Below, one piece after another: positions 9,694-20,111 of a stretch of 64,000 bases of DNA. Within the stretch, counting starts at the first letter, position 1. Each line of letters begins with the position of its first letter. A model generated the notes under the pieces. It did no database searches. It saw nothing but the letters and a program-made list of their open reading frames with translations, and was not told the origin of the DNA. The position numbers and the translations under genes are program-made. The DNA comes from an uncultured delta proteobacterium (GTDB lineage Bacteria; Desulfobacterota; Binatia; UBA9968): positions 448,001-512,000 of the forward strand of contig CAVUZH010000019.1 of assembly GCA_963745835.1 (NCBI GenBank). Direction: 5' to 3'.

Positions 9694-10872
9694 TTAGCTC
9701 TTTTTGCTTCCTTCCGGTGCGGTTTTGCCGGCCGCTTTGGCGAAATAGTGATTGTAGGCCATGCGGCGACCAACGTTAGTGTCCAAATCCCACTTCACCG
9801 CCCGCTCAGCAAAGAGCCGCTGTGACGCAGTAATCTCCTTGAACATTGGATTTTCGGTGGCCTTCTTATCGGCTGCGGCGTCGTATGCCTGGAGTTGCCT
9901 CTGCAGCACGGAGTCCGGCGTCCTGTAGAATCTGACTTTGTCTTTGGCCTGCATCTCGACATAATCTTTTGAGTAGCGATCGATCGCTTTCCACGACATA
10001 TCCTGCGAAGCGGCTTCCACCGTAGATTCGATAAGCGCCTTCATCTTCGCCGGCAGCGCATCGAACTTCGTCTTGTTGAACAGAATTTCAAACTGCTCAG
10101 CGTTCTGGTGGAAGCTCTGCAACATGCAAACTTTGGAAACGTCAGGGAAGCCAAGGAGACGGTCCGAGGACGCATTGTTGAACTCGGCGGCATCGAGCAG
10201 TCCCCGGTCCATCGCCGGCACGATCTCGCCGCCCGGCAGCGCGTTCACCGCTGCGCCCAACCCCGTGAACACGTCAATCGAGAGGCCGACGGTGCGGAAT
10301 TTGAGTCCCTTGATGTCGTCGGCCCTGGTGATCGGCTTCTTGAACCAGCCAAGCGGCTGGGTCGGCATCGGGCCGTACAAGAAAGAGACCACGTTGGCGC
10401 CGATGGACTTGTAGAGCTTTTCGAGCAAGTCCTTGCCGCCACCGTACTTGTGCCAGGCAAGCATCATGTTGGCATCCATCCCGTAGCTCGGACCCGAGCC
10501 CCAAAGCGCCAGAGCCGTCTGCTTGCCATAATGGTACACGACCACGCCATGGCCGCCGTCGAGTGTGCCTTTCGACACCGCATCGAGAAGCTGGAAGGCC
10601 GGCACTACAGCGCCCGCAGGCAACACCTCAATCTTCAAATCGCCGCCGGTCGTGTCGTTGACCTTCTTGGCGAAGTCGAGAGCGAACTCGTGGAAAATGT
10701 CTTTTTGCGGCCACGTGCTCTGCCAGCGCATTGTGATCGGCCCCGTTTGGCCTCGGGCAATCATCGGGAAGCCGAGCGCCGCAGCGCCACCCGCCGCAAA
10801 CGCCGCTTTGAGAACGTTTCGGCGTGAAATCTTCTTGGCATCTTGATCTTCTAGCTTCTCTTGATTAGCCAT
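9694..10872 (-). CDS. dctP: TRAP substrate-binding protein, TakP/monocarboxylate-2-oxoacid-like, Tat signal
   Basis: SRRNVLK Tat motif; WQSTWP, QPLGWF, GGEIVPAMDRGLLDAAEF. Confidence 0.88.
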   Translation of the reverse strand: MANQEKLEDQDAKKISRRNVLKAAFAAGGAAALGFPMIARGQTGPITMRWQSTWPQKDIFHEFALDFAKKVNDTTGGDLKIEVLPAGAVVPAFQLLDAVSKGTLDGGHGVVVYHYGKQTALALWGSGPSYGMDANMMLAWHKYGGGKDLLEKLYKSIGANVVSFLYGPMPTQPLGWFKKPITRADDIKGLKFRTVGLSIDVFTGLGAAVNALPGGEIVPAMDRGLLDAAEFNNASSDRLLGFPDVSKVCMLQSFHQNAEQFEILFNKTKFDALPAKMKALIESTVEAASQDMSWKAIDRYSKDYVEMQAKDKVRFYRTPDSVLQRQLQAYDAAADKKATENPMFKEITASQRLFAERAVKWDLDTNVGRRMAYNHYFAKAAGKTAPEGSKKS

Positions 10873-11149
10873 GGTCTCTCCTTTCAGATAAGCACGACAA
10901 GCGAACTTCGCGTTCACGGTTTATATTACAGGTTCCGGACTTACGTCAATGGTGCGTCCAACCTGCACAACTCACGGCGATTGAGAAGTGATAATCCTTA
11001 TGGCTGTCTCACTGAAGTCGTGTCGCTTAGAATATCGATTGCTGATCTCAGCTCATTGCATTGGCCAAGTTCTTTGGTCTCGCTCATTGACACTGTATTC
11101 CAGTCTCCGCTACGCTTCCAAGGGATCGCCGGGAGACAGATACAGCCAG

Positions 11150-12586
11150 ATGAATAACAACAATCTCGTCCGCCAGCTATGCGCCATCGTTGGCGAGCGT
11201 TATGTGCTGGTCGAAAAGGAAGACGTCATCGTCTACGAACAAGACGGCTCAATCTTCCAGGTCATGCCGGAGATCGTTGTCCTGCCTGCCAATGCCGAAC
11301 AGGTTGCCGCGGTGGTGAAAACGGCTAAACAAGCCGCTGTGCCGGTCGTACCCCGTGGTTCGGGCACGGGTTTGGCCGGCGGTGCCGTGCCGGCCGAGGG
11401 CGGCATCGTGCTATCTCTGGCGCGCTTGGATCGCATATTGAGAATCGATCTCGAGAACGGCCTTGCTGTCGTCGAACCCGGCGTTATCAATCTCGACCTC
11501 ACTAAAGCAGTCGCCAATGACGGGTTCTTCTATGCGCCCGATCCTAGCAGCCAAGCCGCATGCTCCATCGGCGGTAATGTCGCCAACAATTCCGGAGGGC
11601 CGCATACCCTCGCCTACGGGGTGACAACCAATCACGTTCTTGGTCTCGAAATCGTTTTGGACGATGGTCAGGTTGTCTGGCTCGGTGGCGAAGTGCCGGA
11701 CACGCCCGGCTATGATCTTCGCGGCGTGTTTGTCGGGTCGGAAGGAACCATGGGTGTGGTGACCAAGGTCATTGTAAAACTCATGCACAATCGCGAGTCG
11801 GTGCGCACCCTTCTTGCCATCTACGATCGGATGGATGACGCCACTCGAGCGGTGGTTGAAATCACCGGGGCCGGAATCATTCCCGCCGCGTTAGAGATGA
11901 TGGACCGCACGACCATTGAAGCCGTCGAATCCGGGGCGCCAGTAGGCTTTCCCCGCGATGCCGAAGCGGTGCTGCTGGTTGAAATCGAAGGCTTGCGCGA
12001 GCAAACCGAGCGTTCCGTGAAATTGGCGTATGCGATTTGCGAGCAGAGCGGCGCGCGGGAGGTCAGGTTGGCACGGGACGAAACCGAACGGCAACGTCTT
12101 TGGAAAGGCAGAAAAGGGGCTTTCGGCGCCATGGGTTCGTTAGCGCCCAATTACTATGTCAACGACGGCGTTGTCCCGCGCAGTCAATTGCCGGAAATCA
12201 TGAGGCGAGTAGCTGCCATCAGCAAACATTACAATCTACGCATTGCTAATGTATTTCACGCCGGCGACGGCAATCTGCATCCCAATATTCTTTTCGACAT
12301 GCGTGTGCCGGGAGAGCTCGATCGAGTCATCGAAGCGGGCGCGGCAATATTGAACGCATGCGTAGAGCTCGGCGGCAGTATCACCGGCGAGCATGGTGTG
12401 GGCATTGAAAAGAAAGCCTACATCGGTTTGCTATTCAGTGATGCGGATCTCGGGGCGATGACGCGAGTCCGCACGGCGCTGGACCCGGACGGCCGGTTTA
12501 ATCCCGCAAAGCTATTTCCAACGCCGGCTGGTTGCGGCGAAGTGCGGCGCCAGCCGGCGCAAATCCCGGCGGGGCTTTGGATTTAG
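11150..12586 (+). CDS. glcD: Glycolate oxidase FAD subunit GlcD
   Basis: PRGSGTGLAGG, APDPSSQ, GSEGT, HAGDGNLHP, GEHGVG. Confidence 0.88.
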   Translation: MNNNNLVRQLCAIVGERYVLVEKEDVIVYEQDGSIFQVMPEIVVLPANAEQVAAVVKTAKQAAVPVVPRGSGTGLAGGAVPAEGGIVLSLARLDRILRIDLENGLAVVEPGVINLDLTKAVANDGFFYAPDPSSQAACSIGGNVANNSGGPHTLAYGVTTNHVLGLEIVLDDGQVVWLGGEVPDTPGYDLRGVFVGSEGTMGVVTKVIVKLMHNRESVRTLLAIYDRMDDATRAVVEITGAGIIPAALEMMDRTTIEAVESGAPVGFPRDAEAVLLVEIEGLREQTERSVKLAYAICEQSGAREVRLARDETERQRLWKGRKGAFGAMGSLAPNYYVNDGVVPRSQLPEIMRRVAAISKHYNLRIANVFHAGDGNLHPNILFDMRVPGELDRVIEAGAAILNACVELGGSITGEHGVGIEKKAYIGLLFSDADLGAMTRVRTALDPDGRFNPAKLFPTPAGCGEVRRQPAQIPAGLWI

Positions 12587-12608
12587 GAACAAACGTTTAG
12601 AGTTTGTC

Positions 12609-13923
12609 TTGGAAGACAGTCTGCACAATCCGCGACATGGCGATCAACCCAAGATCGCTACGCTCGATATTCCGGAACTCTATCAATGCGTGCACTGCGG
12701 CTTGTGTCTAAACCAGTGCCCGACCTACCGCGCGCTGCGTCTCGAGCCGGAATCGCCACGCGGCAGGATTCACCTGGTAAAAGCGGCTGCGGACGGCCGT
12801 ATCGAGCTCAACGAGCGCTTCAAGGAGCATCTCTATCTCTGCTTGTTGTGCCGTGCTTGTGAAACCGCCTGTCCGTCCGGAGTTCAATACGGCCATATAG
12901 CCGAAACCGCCCGGGCGGTAATCGGCCCGCCGGGATCGAAGCTCGGACGGGTTATCCTGAATCTGGCTTTCACCCAGCTACTTCCTTTTCCCGGACGTCT
13001 AAAAATCCTGTTCGGCGTGTTGCGTCTCTATCAACGAACCGGCTTGCAGAGGCTGGTTCAGCCGTTATTGCCGCGCAAGATTCGCGCAGATGGATGCAAT
13101 GCTGCCGGCCATCCCGCAACGTTTTCAAGCAAACGTTCAGGCTCTTTCTGCGATCGGCCCACGGCGCGCCCGAGTCGCGTTTCTAAACGGCTGCGTGATG
13201 CCGTTGCTCTTTGGCGACATCAATGACGCCACCGTGCGCGTGCTGCAACGCAACGGCTGCGAGGTTGTTTTCCCAAAGGGGCAGACCTGCTGTGGCGCTC
13301 TCAACACCCACAATGGCGAGACGAGCAGCGCGAAAGCAATGGCCCGGCGCAACATCGACGCATTTTTAACTGCCGGCGTCGACGCCATCATCGTCAATGC
13401 CGCCGGCTGCGGCGCCGCGATGAAGGAATATGCCCATTTGCTCGGAGATGATCCTGATTACGCGGATAAGGCACAGAGGTTCAGTTCTTTAGTCAAGGAT
13501 GCCGCTGAATTCCTTGCGCAGATTGGACTGGCTGGCAAACTCGGCGAATTGCGGATGACCGTTACCTATCAGGATCCCTGCCATCTGGCGCATGGTCAGC
13601 GCGTGCGCATTCAGCCCCGGCAATTATTACAGGCGATCCCGGGTTTGAAACTGGTCGAGATGGATGGCTCTGAACGCTGTTGCGGCAGTGCCGGGATTTA
13701 CAATATTACTCACGCTGAAATGTCACAGCAGCTTCTCCAAGAGAAAATGCCGGCAATCGCTGCCACCGGTTCCGAAGCGGTGGTCGCGCCCAATCCAGGC
13801 TGTATGCTGCAGCTTCGTTATGGCGCACAGAAGTATGGGCCGAATGTGAAAGTCTACCATTTGATGGATCTCCTCGATCGCGCTTATACGAGCGGCGAAT
13901 CTTCGCCAGCCAATGAAGATTGA
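12609..13923 (+). CDS. glcF: Glycolate oxidase Fe-S subunit GlcF, frameshifted near 13085 (ORFs 12609-13226 and 13090-13923)
   Basis: CVHCGLCLNQCP and CLLCRACETACP, then two CCG domains (QTCCGA, DPCHL, CCGSAG) in the next frame. Confidence 0.85.
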
Positions 13924-15220
13924 CCCGGACCGGCTCGCCAGCCGGTTAGAAGCCGAACTGGGCGGCGCCGCGGTAAAGAGGCAGCCGGAATTGCTTGCCG
14001 CCCGCGCCATCGACGGAGTTTATCCGTGCGTCATATGTTGGCCGGGTAATGCCGAGGAAGTCAGCGCCGCGTTACGGATTTGCAGCGAGACGGATGCAGC
14101 CGTAACTCCCTGGGGAGGAGGCACGGCCGTTAACATCGGCAACTTACCCGAGCGCGCCGAAGTCATCATCGACGTGTCCAAGCTTAATCACGTGGTCGAA
14201 CATGATCACGCAAACTTGACCGCCACCGTGCAGAGCGGCATTACCTTGGCAGCAATGCAACAGATTACTGCAGGAGCTCGGCAGTTCGTGCCATTCGATG
14301 TGCCCAACCCACAACGCTCCACAGTCGGCGGCATCGTCGCAGCCGATCTAAACGGAGTGCGCCGCGTCTGCTACGGCAGCGTGCGTGATTTGGTGATTGG
14401 TATGAAGGTAGTCCTGCCTACGGGTGAGCATATCAAGGCCGGCGGCAAGGTCGTCAAAAACGTCGCCGGCTACGACATGTGTAAACTTTTCGTTGGATCT
14501 TTAGGAACGCTTGGGATTATCACGGAGCTGACACTCAGACTGACGCCGCTTCCGGAAGCGGAAGCGACCTTGGTCGTTTCCGGAAGTTTACTCGAACTTT
14601 CCGAGTTCGCCGGCGAGATCCTGGATTCAGTTTTGTTGCCGAGCGCGATTGTGCTGTGGAAAAGTGAAACAAACTCGAGCGGCGAAGCGTCGCAATCGGG
14701 CTGGCACTTGGCTGTTCGCGCCGGAGGCTTTGCCGAACACGTCGATCGTCACCTTCGGGATTTCCAATTGACGGCTGAACGATTGGGCCTGAGCATGGCG
14801 GTTTATAGTAATACGGCTCATGAAGAACTATGGGCGGGTATTTGCGATTGCCCGCTTCTCGGCCACGAGCTGGTGTTTCGTGTAACGGTGCCACGATCAG
14901 CGGTTGCTGATTTGCTGCACGGCGTTCAGGAGTGGGATACGACGGATGATAGTCCGGGGATTGTCGCGGATATGGCCGCAGGCGCGATCTGGATAGGGTC
15001 GAACCAAACCAAGTTAGCCGCCGCGCGCTTCGCACAGCTCCGATCCAAGGCGGCCCAACACAACGGGCATGTTGTGCTGGTTGTTGCGCCGGCTGATCTG
15101 AAGCGGAATTTGGATATCTGGGGACCGGCTCCGCCGGCGTTTTTGCTAATGCGCAGGATTAAACAGCAATTCGATCCCCAGCGGTTGATGAATCCCGGCC
15201 GCTTTGTCGGACGTTTATAA
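13913..15220 (+). CDS. glcE: Glycolate oxidase subunit GlcE
   Basis: GGKVVKNVAGYDMCKLFVGSLGTLG; FDPQRLMNPGRF C-terminus. Confidence 0.85.
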   Translation: MKIDPDRLASRLEAELGGAAVKRQPELLAARAIDGVYPCVICWPGNAEEVSAALRICSETDAAVTPWGGGTAVNIGNLPERAEVIIDVSKLNHVVEHDHANLTATVQSGITLAAMQQITAGARQFVPFDVPNPQRSTVGGIVAADLNGVRRVCYGSVRDLVIGMKVVLPTGEHIKAGGKVVKNVAGYDMCKLFVGSLGTLGIITELTLRLTPLPEAEATLVVSGSLLELSEFAGEILDSVLLPSAIVLWKSETNSSGEASQSGWHLAVRAGGFAEHVDRHLRDFQLTAERLGLSMAVYSNTAHEELWAGICDCPLLGHELVFRVTVPRSAVADLLHGVQEWDTTDDSPGIVADMAAGAIWIGSNQTKLAAARFAQLRSKAAQHNGHVVLVVAPADLKRNLDIWGPAPPAFLLMRRIKQQFDPQRLMNPGRFVGRL

Positions 15221-15230
15221 GCGTAGAGTA

Positions 15231-15749
15231 TCACCGGAAGATCCACACCACCCAATTGCTAATCAAATTATCCAGACCGTACGCCCCGCTGCCCCGGACT
15301 GCGAAGTATGCCGCCGCGGCTAGCAAAACTAGATTATCGCGGATTCCCACTTCATGAGCATGGAACGCTTGTCGCTCAAACTTTTGGAAGTATCCCAGCG
15401 CCTTGTCATCTGTTATGGAGTTCTTAACCGTCGGCGCCATGGTCGGCAACACCTTCAGCCAATAGTAGTGCACACTGAATGTTGGGATTAAAAATACCAA
15501 CAGCATCGTCGATGAAATGGGCGTCTGAAAGCCGGCCGCAACACCAAGACCGCCGCACACCATTAGCACGGTGGCAATCAACCCGAACAGTTTCGCTTGC
15601 TTCGCAAACAGAATGCTTGCGGTATTTACCGGGTTTGGCCAACGGCGGACGTTGCTCCAGCCGCTGATTAAAAAGCGCCAGCCCAAAATCACTCGCAATA
15701 ACGCTTCAACGAGGCCCACCAGGGTCGAATGTTCCAAGCTTTCCTCCAC
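15231..15749 (-). CDS. DoxX family membrane protein
   Basis: LLRVILG, LIPTFSVHYYW, GSGAYGLD pattern. Confidence 0.75.
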   Translation of the reverse strand: MEESLEHSTLVGLVEALLRVILGWRFLISGWSNVRRWPNPVNTASILFAKQAKLFGLIATVLMVCGGLGVAAGFQTPISSTMLLVFLIPTFSVHYYWLKVLPTMAPTVKNSITDDKALGYFQKFERQAFHAHEVGIRDNLVLLAAAAYFAVRGSGAYGLDNLISNWVVWIFR

Positions 15750-16009
15750 GAAATGGTGAAATTCGGTCGCACTATATGTAGCGGTCGAGTAGCGGTCAAA
15801 TCTAGCGCATGGCTTCCGCCGCCTTAAGCAAGGAGAGCTCTAGGTCGAGGGAAGATGCCGAGAATTGACCCATCAAGACTCAAAATGTCTGCCGGCTTCT
15901 CGGATAGCAATTGTTTCTTAGCTGGATTTTCTTTATTATGCGTTGGTTAAAGCTCCCACGTCGGTGGCACGTGGGTTGCTCAGTCGGGCTCACTATAAGG
16001 AGGGCGGCA

Positions 16010-17248
16010 ATGAAGCAAGCGCAACGATGGTTCCTCTCACTGGTCTTGTCTTGGATAGCGTTCTTGCCGGCTCATGCGAGAGCTCAATCCGTTCCGAGCG
16101 AAATCGATAATAATCCGTTTCCACTTCTTGCCGGACTCGAGCAACCCGTCGAGTTCTGGACCAAAATTTTTACCGAGTACAGCATATCCCAACTGGTGTT
16201 TTTTGATCCATTGGAGATGTCCAGGATATATGAAGTGTTGGAGGTCGGCGAAGAGAATCGCTCCAACGAATACGTCGACGGTGAAAAAGCGCGGATTGCG
16301 GCGGCACACGAAGTCAGCATCGAACGAGTGAAGGCACAGCGGGGAGTCAAAGAGCGAACCGCCGCGGGACTGAAACGTTCTAACCGTTACATCGGGCAAA
16401 TGCAGCAAATCTTCCGGGAGCGCGGCTTGCCGGTTGAATTGACTTACTTGCCTCTGATCGAATCGTCGTTCAACAGCAGCGCGCGTTCCCATGCAGGCGC
16501 TTTGGGCATGTGGCAGTTTATGCCCGCTACCGGCAGACAGTATATGCGGGTCAGTCGTACCATCGATGAACGAAGAGACCCCATTGAATCGACCCGCGCG
16601 GCGGCGTCATTTCTCAAGCAAGCCTATGAGTTGCTGGGCAATTGGCCATTGGCCATCACGGCTTACAACTTCGGGCCCGCCGGCATGGCACGGGCAGTGG
16701 CTGAAGTCGGCTCGGACAACTTGGTGGATATAATCCAGAAATATAACGGGCCGTATTTTGGTTATCCGCCGAAAAATTTCTACGCCGAGTTTCTTGTCGC
16801 CATGGATATCGGCAAAAACCCTGAACGATACTTTCCCGGCCTCGATTTAGATCCGCCGGTTGCCATTCAGGAAGTGGAGTTAAGATCTAACTCATCGCTA
16901 GCCGCGGTTATGAGCTCCACCGGCCTTAAACGAGATGAGTTTTTGGAGTGGAACCCGGCCCTGGCAAATGGTCCAAAGATTATTCCCGCAGGTTACCGCG
17001 TAAAGTTGCCGGTCCAAAAACAAATGGCAGCTATAGTCGAGACGCATGAGGTGAGCGAGATGCGTGAGAAACCCGCGCGCCAACAAGCACAATCCAGCGT
17101 GGTGCGGCATCGCGTAAAACGCGGTGAGACGCTTATGCAGATCGCTCAACGTTACGGCACGTCAGCCGAGCGTATCCTCAGGATCAACGGTCTAAGCAAA
17201 GCTAGCCTACTTCGCGCCGGATCGACAGTGCTGGTGCCCAGACTCTAA
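16010..17248 (+). CDS. Lytic transglycosylase with LysM domain (MltD-like)
   Basis: LPLIESSF, GMWQFMPATG, AYNFG; C-terminal LysM HRVKRGETL. Confidence 0.88.
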   Translation: MKQAQRWFLSLVLSWIAFLPAHARAQSVPSEIDNNPFPLLAGLEQPVEFWTKIFTEYSISQLVFFDPLEMSRIYEVLEVGEENRSNEYVDGEKARIAAAHEVSIERVKAQRGVKERTAAGLKRSNRYIGQMQQIFRERGLPVELTYLPLIESSFNSSARSHAGALGMWQFMPATGRQYMRVSRTIDERRDPIESTRAAASFLKQAYELLGNWPLAITAYNFGPAGMARAVAEVGSDNLVDIIQKYNGPYFGYPPKNFYAEFLVAMDIGKNPERYFPGLDLDPPVAIQEVELRSNSSLAAVMSSTGLKRDEFLEWNPALANGPKIIPAGYRVKLPVQKQMAAIVETHEVSEMREKPARQQAQSSVVRHRVKRGETLMQIAQRYGTSAERILRINGLSKASLLRAGSTVLVPRL

Positions 17249-17273
17249 CGCGCCTTCCCTCCGAAAACCGCCC

Positions 17274-17316
17274 CAAGATCGAAACGATACCCATCGTTTC
17301 GATCTTGTCGTTTTTG
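17274..17316 (+). terminator. Rho-independent terminator
   Basis: Perfect 15 bp stem caagatcgaaacgat/atcgtttcgatcttg followed by a T-rich tract, after the transglycosylase stop. Confidence 0.75.
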
Positions 17317-17526
17317 CTCTGCTTACGATCGGACATTATGCTCTCCGGCATTCTGCAGGCACGTCGCCAGCCATGCTGTTCTCCTTGACTGGGAGAACAG
17401 GGAGCGGAGTTTCGACTATGATCAGAGCGCAAACCCAGGAGCTGACAATTTGCTACTACTAGAATGTTGATCTATGAGGATGAATTGTCAGGATTGCTTG
17501 TCTGGGCACTTTAGTCGGGACTAGAA

Positions 17527-17952
17527 TTGTCGTACTTCACTGAAACGCTAGAACGCCTTGTTACTGCTCGAGGGCAGAGCCGGTCAGCCAAGAGCGTGGA
17601 AGTCTTCGGTTGGTTAATACTTCTTGAAGGCTCGTTGGTCGTGCTGTTCCCGCATTTCGTCGCACGAATATTAAACTTGCCGCCACTGGTTGAACAGGCG
17701 GCGAATTATTTCCGCCTCGTCGGCCTATTAGTCAGCGGGGTGGGTATGCTTTACATTGCCAGCGGTCGGTTGAATGCCGCGGGGTTTGTTTTCGCGTCGT
17801 TGCTAGACCGGCCGCTTGTGCCGTTCGCCATGCTTATCTTGTGGTATCTCGAAATTATCCCCGGACCCCTAGCACTTATTTTTTCAATCCAGGATCTCGG
17901 CAGCTTTCTATGGACATTGTCCACTTGGCAAGGTGAATTTAAGCAACACTGA
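17527..17952 (+). CDS. Hypothetical membrane protein
   Basis: 141 aa, about 4 hydrophobic segments. Confidence 0.65.
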   Translation: MSYFTETLERLVTARGQSRSAKSVEVFGWLILLEGSLVVLFPHFVARILNLPPLVEQAANYFRLVGLLVSGVGMLYIASGRLNAAGFVFASLLDRPLVPFAMLILWYLEIIPGPLALIFSIQDLGSFLWTLSTWQGEFKQH

Positions 17953-18730
17953 AGCTCATGTTTTCACTATTGTTGACGACTCGAAATCCAAAACTTTGAC
18001 TGTGGCGAGATCTATGCGGCAGCGCATATCGGCGCTTTTAGACCCAGACAAAGTTAGACGCTATCTGTTCCGAGGAGCAGATAAGAAAACTATATACGGC
18101 ATCGTAGTAGGAACGCTTGCGGAGACGGGCGAGCATCAAAAAATTGTCTTTGACAAGGTGGAAAGGGCTCTACGTCTGATTGAATTCTATGAAGTCAGAC
18201 AATTTCTACAGATACAACGACATATAAACTCGATTTTCATATTTGGCGACCCGACTGCCCGCGGTCGTTGGCACCAGGAACTCCAGATGTGCGAGTTAAA
18301 CGAAGAGTTCGTACGCGATGAAGGCACGTCGGTCGCACAAATCGCCTCTGTTATTATACATGAGGCAACTCACGCCCGATTAATGCGTTACGGTTTTGGA
18401 TACGAGGAACCTAAACGACTCCGCATTGAGCATATCTGCTTCAGCGCTCAGCGCGCATTTGCGCGACGGCTGCCTAATGCTGATGAACTTCTGACGGAGA
18501 TAGAAGAGACGAAGTCATACTACGGCGAAGCATATTTTAGCGATGCCGGGCGGCGCAACGCGAACTTAGAGGGTCTACGTACTTTAGGTGTTCCTAAGCT
18601 CGTTTGGCTCCTTGCGAAGCTTACATCCCGGCCATCGCGAACTAACTCAAGAGCGAAAACTAGTTCCATTAATGTAATTGATTTCGAGGGCACGAGTGTC
18701 AAAAAAGACGCAGAAGGAGTAGCGCAATGA
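17933..18730 (+). CDS. Hypothetical protein with HEXXH zincin motif
   Basis: IIHEATHARL with downstream Glu (RIEH); start uncertain. Confidence 0.6.
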   Translation: MNLSNTEAHVFTIVDDSKSKTLTVARSMRQRISALLDPDKVRRYLFRGADKKTIYGIVVGTLAETGEHQKIVFDKVERALRLIEFYEVRQFLQIQRHINSIFIFGDPTARGRWHQELQMCELNEEFVRDEGTSVAQIASVIIHEATHARLMRYGFGYEEPKRLRIEHICFSAQRAFARRLPNADELLTEIEETKSYYGEAYFSDAGRRNANLEGLRTLGVPKLVWLLAKLTSRPSRTNSRAKTSSINVIDFEGTSVKKDAEGVAQ

Positions 18731-19641
18731 GTAATCCTATGATTGGTTTTATCGGCCTAGGCATCATGGGCAAGCCCATGGCTCGCAATCTAATTAAGGC
18801 AGGCTATCCGCTGATCGTGCACAATCGTAGTCGCGCAGCAGTGGACGAACTGACAAGGGAAGGCGCACAGGCCGCGACAGATGCAAAGGAAGTCGCCGGG
18901 CGCACGGAAATTATCATCACCATGCTACCCGATTCAGCCGATGTTGATCTCGTTTGTGCCGGCGAGAACGGGATTTTCTCGGCATTGAAATCGGGAACCC
19001 TGCTCATCGATATGTCGACCATCTCACCTGCTGTCGCCCGCAAACTTGCAGGTGAGGCGCAAAGGCGAGGCTGCGATATGCTCGATGCGCCGGTGAGTGG
19101 CGGCGAAGCTGGTGCAATCAGCGCGAGCTTATCGATCATGATCGGCGGCGAGGCCTCCGCCGTCGAGCGAGCCATGCCGATATTTGAATCGCTAGGAAAG
19201 AACATCGTTCATGTCGGCCGTGCCGGCGCAGGCCAGGTGACCAAGGCAGCTAATCAAATGGTTGTCGGAACGACTATCGCAATCGTCAGCGAAGCTTTGG
19301 TACTGGCCGCCAAGGCCGGCGTGGATCCGGCGAAGGTGCGGCAAGCGCTCCTAGGCGGCTTCGCCCAATCGAAAATACTCGAGGCTCACGGTCAGAAAAT
19401 GCTCCAGCATAATTTCAAGCCGGGCTTTCGCATCCGGCTGCACGAGAAAGACATGAAGATCGCACTGGGAGCGGGATTCGAGTATGGCGTACCGCTGATG
19501 GTCACTGGCCAAGTCGCGCAAATGATGAGCGCCATGAAAGCGATGGGCAACGGCGATCTGGATCACTCGGCGCTGGTAAAGCTTGTCGAGCAAATGGCGA
19601 ATACCGAGTTAGCTCACAACGAATCAGATTCGGCTAGATAG
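18727..19641 (+). CDS. glxR: 2-hydroxy-3-oxopropionate (tartronate semialdehyde) reductase
   Basis: IGFIGLGIMGKPMA, DAPVSGGE, GAGQVTKAANQ, FKPGFRI..H.KD. Confidence 0.82.
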   Translation: MSNPMIGFIGLGIMGKPMARNLIKAGYPLIVHNRSRAAVDELTREGAQAATDAKEVAGRTEIIITMLPDSADVDLVCAGENGIFSALKSGTLLIDMSTISPAVARKLAGEAQRRGCDMLDAPVSGGEAGAISASLSIMIGGEASAVERAMPIFESLGKNIVHVGRAGAGQVTKAANQMVVGTTIAIVSEALVLAAKAGVDPAKVRQALLGGFAQSKILEAHGQKMLQHNFKPGFRIRLHEKDMKIALGAGFEYGVPLMVTGQVAQMMSAMKAMGNGDLDHSALVKLVEQMANTELAHNESDSAR

Positions 19642-19658
19642 CCGATTATGGAGGGTCT

Positions 19659-19898
19659 ATGTCAGAGTCCGCGAATTTCTTGATGCTGGAGTTTCTTTCC
19701 TGGATCTCAAGTCGGCGGCGAACATACGCCGAGGCTATGAATGCATGGCAGACCACCTGTCCACGGCATACGATATGGGAGGATGCTATCATCGGCGGCT
19801 TGGTTCAAATGAGCCGCGCCGAGACAGTTGACGAGCCCGAAGTGACGCTCACGCCTCGCGGTAAAGCCTATCTTAACGGAGATACCCCAAGGCAGTGA
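19659..19898 (+). CDS. Small hypothetical protein (possibly winged-helix-like)
   Basis: RBS ggagg; TYAEAMNAWQTTCPRH..WEDA and LTPRG pattern. Confidence 0.65.
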   Translation: MSESANFLMLEFLSWISSRRRTYAEAMNAWQTTCPRHTIWEDAIIGGLVQMSRAETVDEPEVTLTPRGKAYLNGDTPRQ

Positions 19899-20111
19899 CC
19901 CTGCGATCCGGTATCTTTTTTATTCAATGGCACCAGTACCGGTTTAACCGAGTGGTTCAACTGGTTTGCGGCTGCCCTGTATGGAGGAAAGCGTCACGAA
20001 TGAGCAAAAGACTTGAGTGGATAGGCATCGCGTCTATGAATTCTTTTTTGATAATGGCTACCGCGCTGTAGTAACTAAGTTGTCGACTAATGCGTTACCC
20101 GGAGGAAAATA

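Noticed and set aside
13060-13100. Programmed frameshift in glcF
   Set aside because: No slippery heptamer, and similar indels occur across the window.
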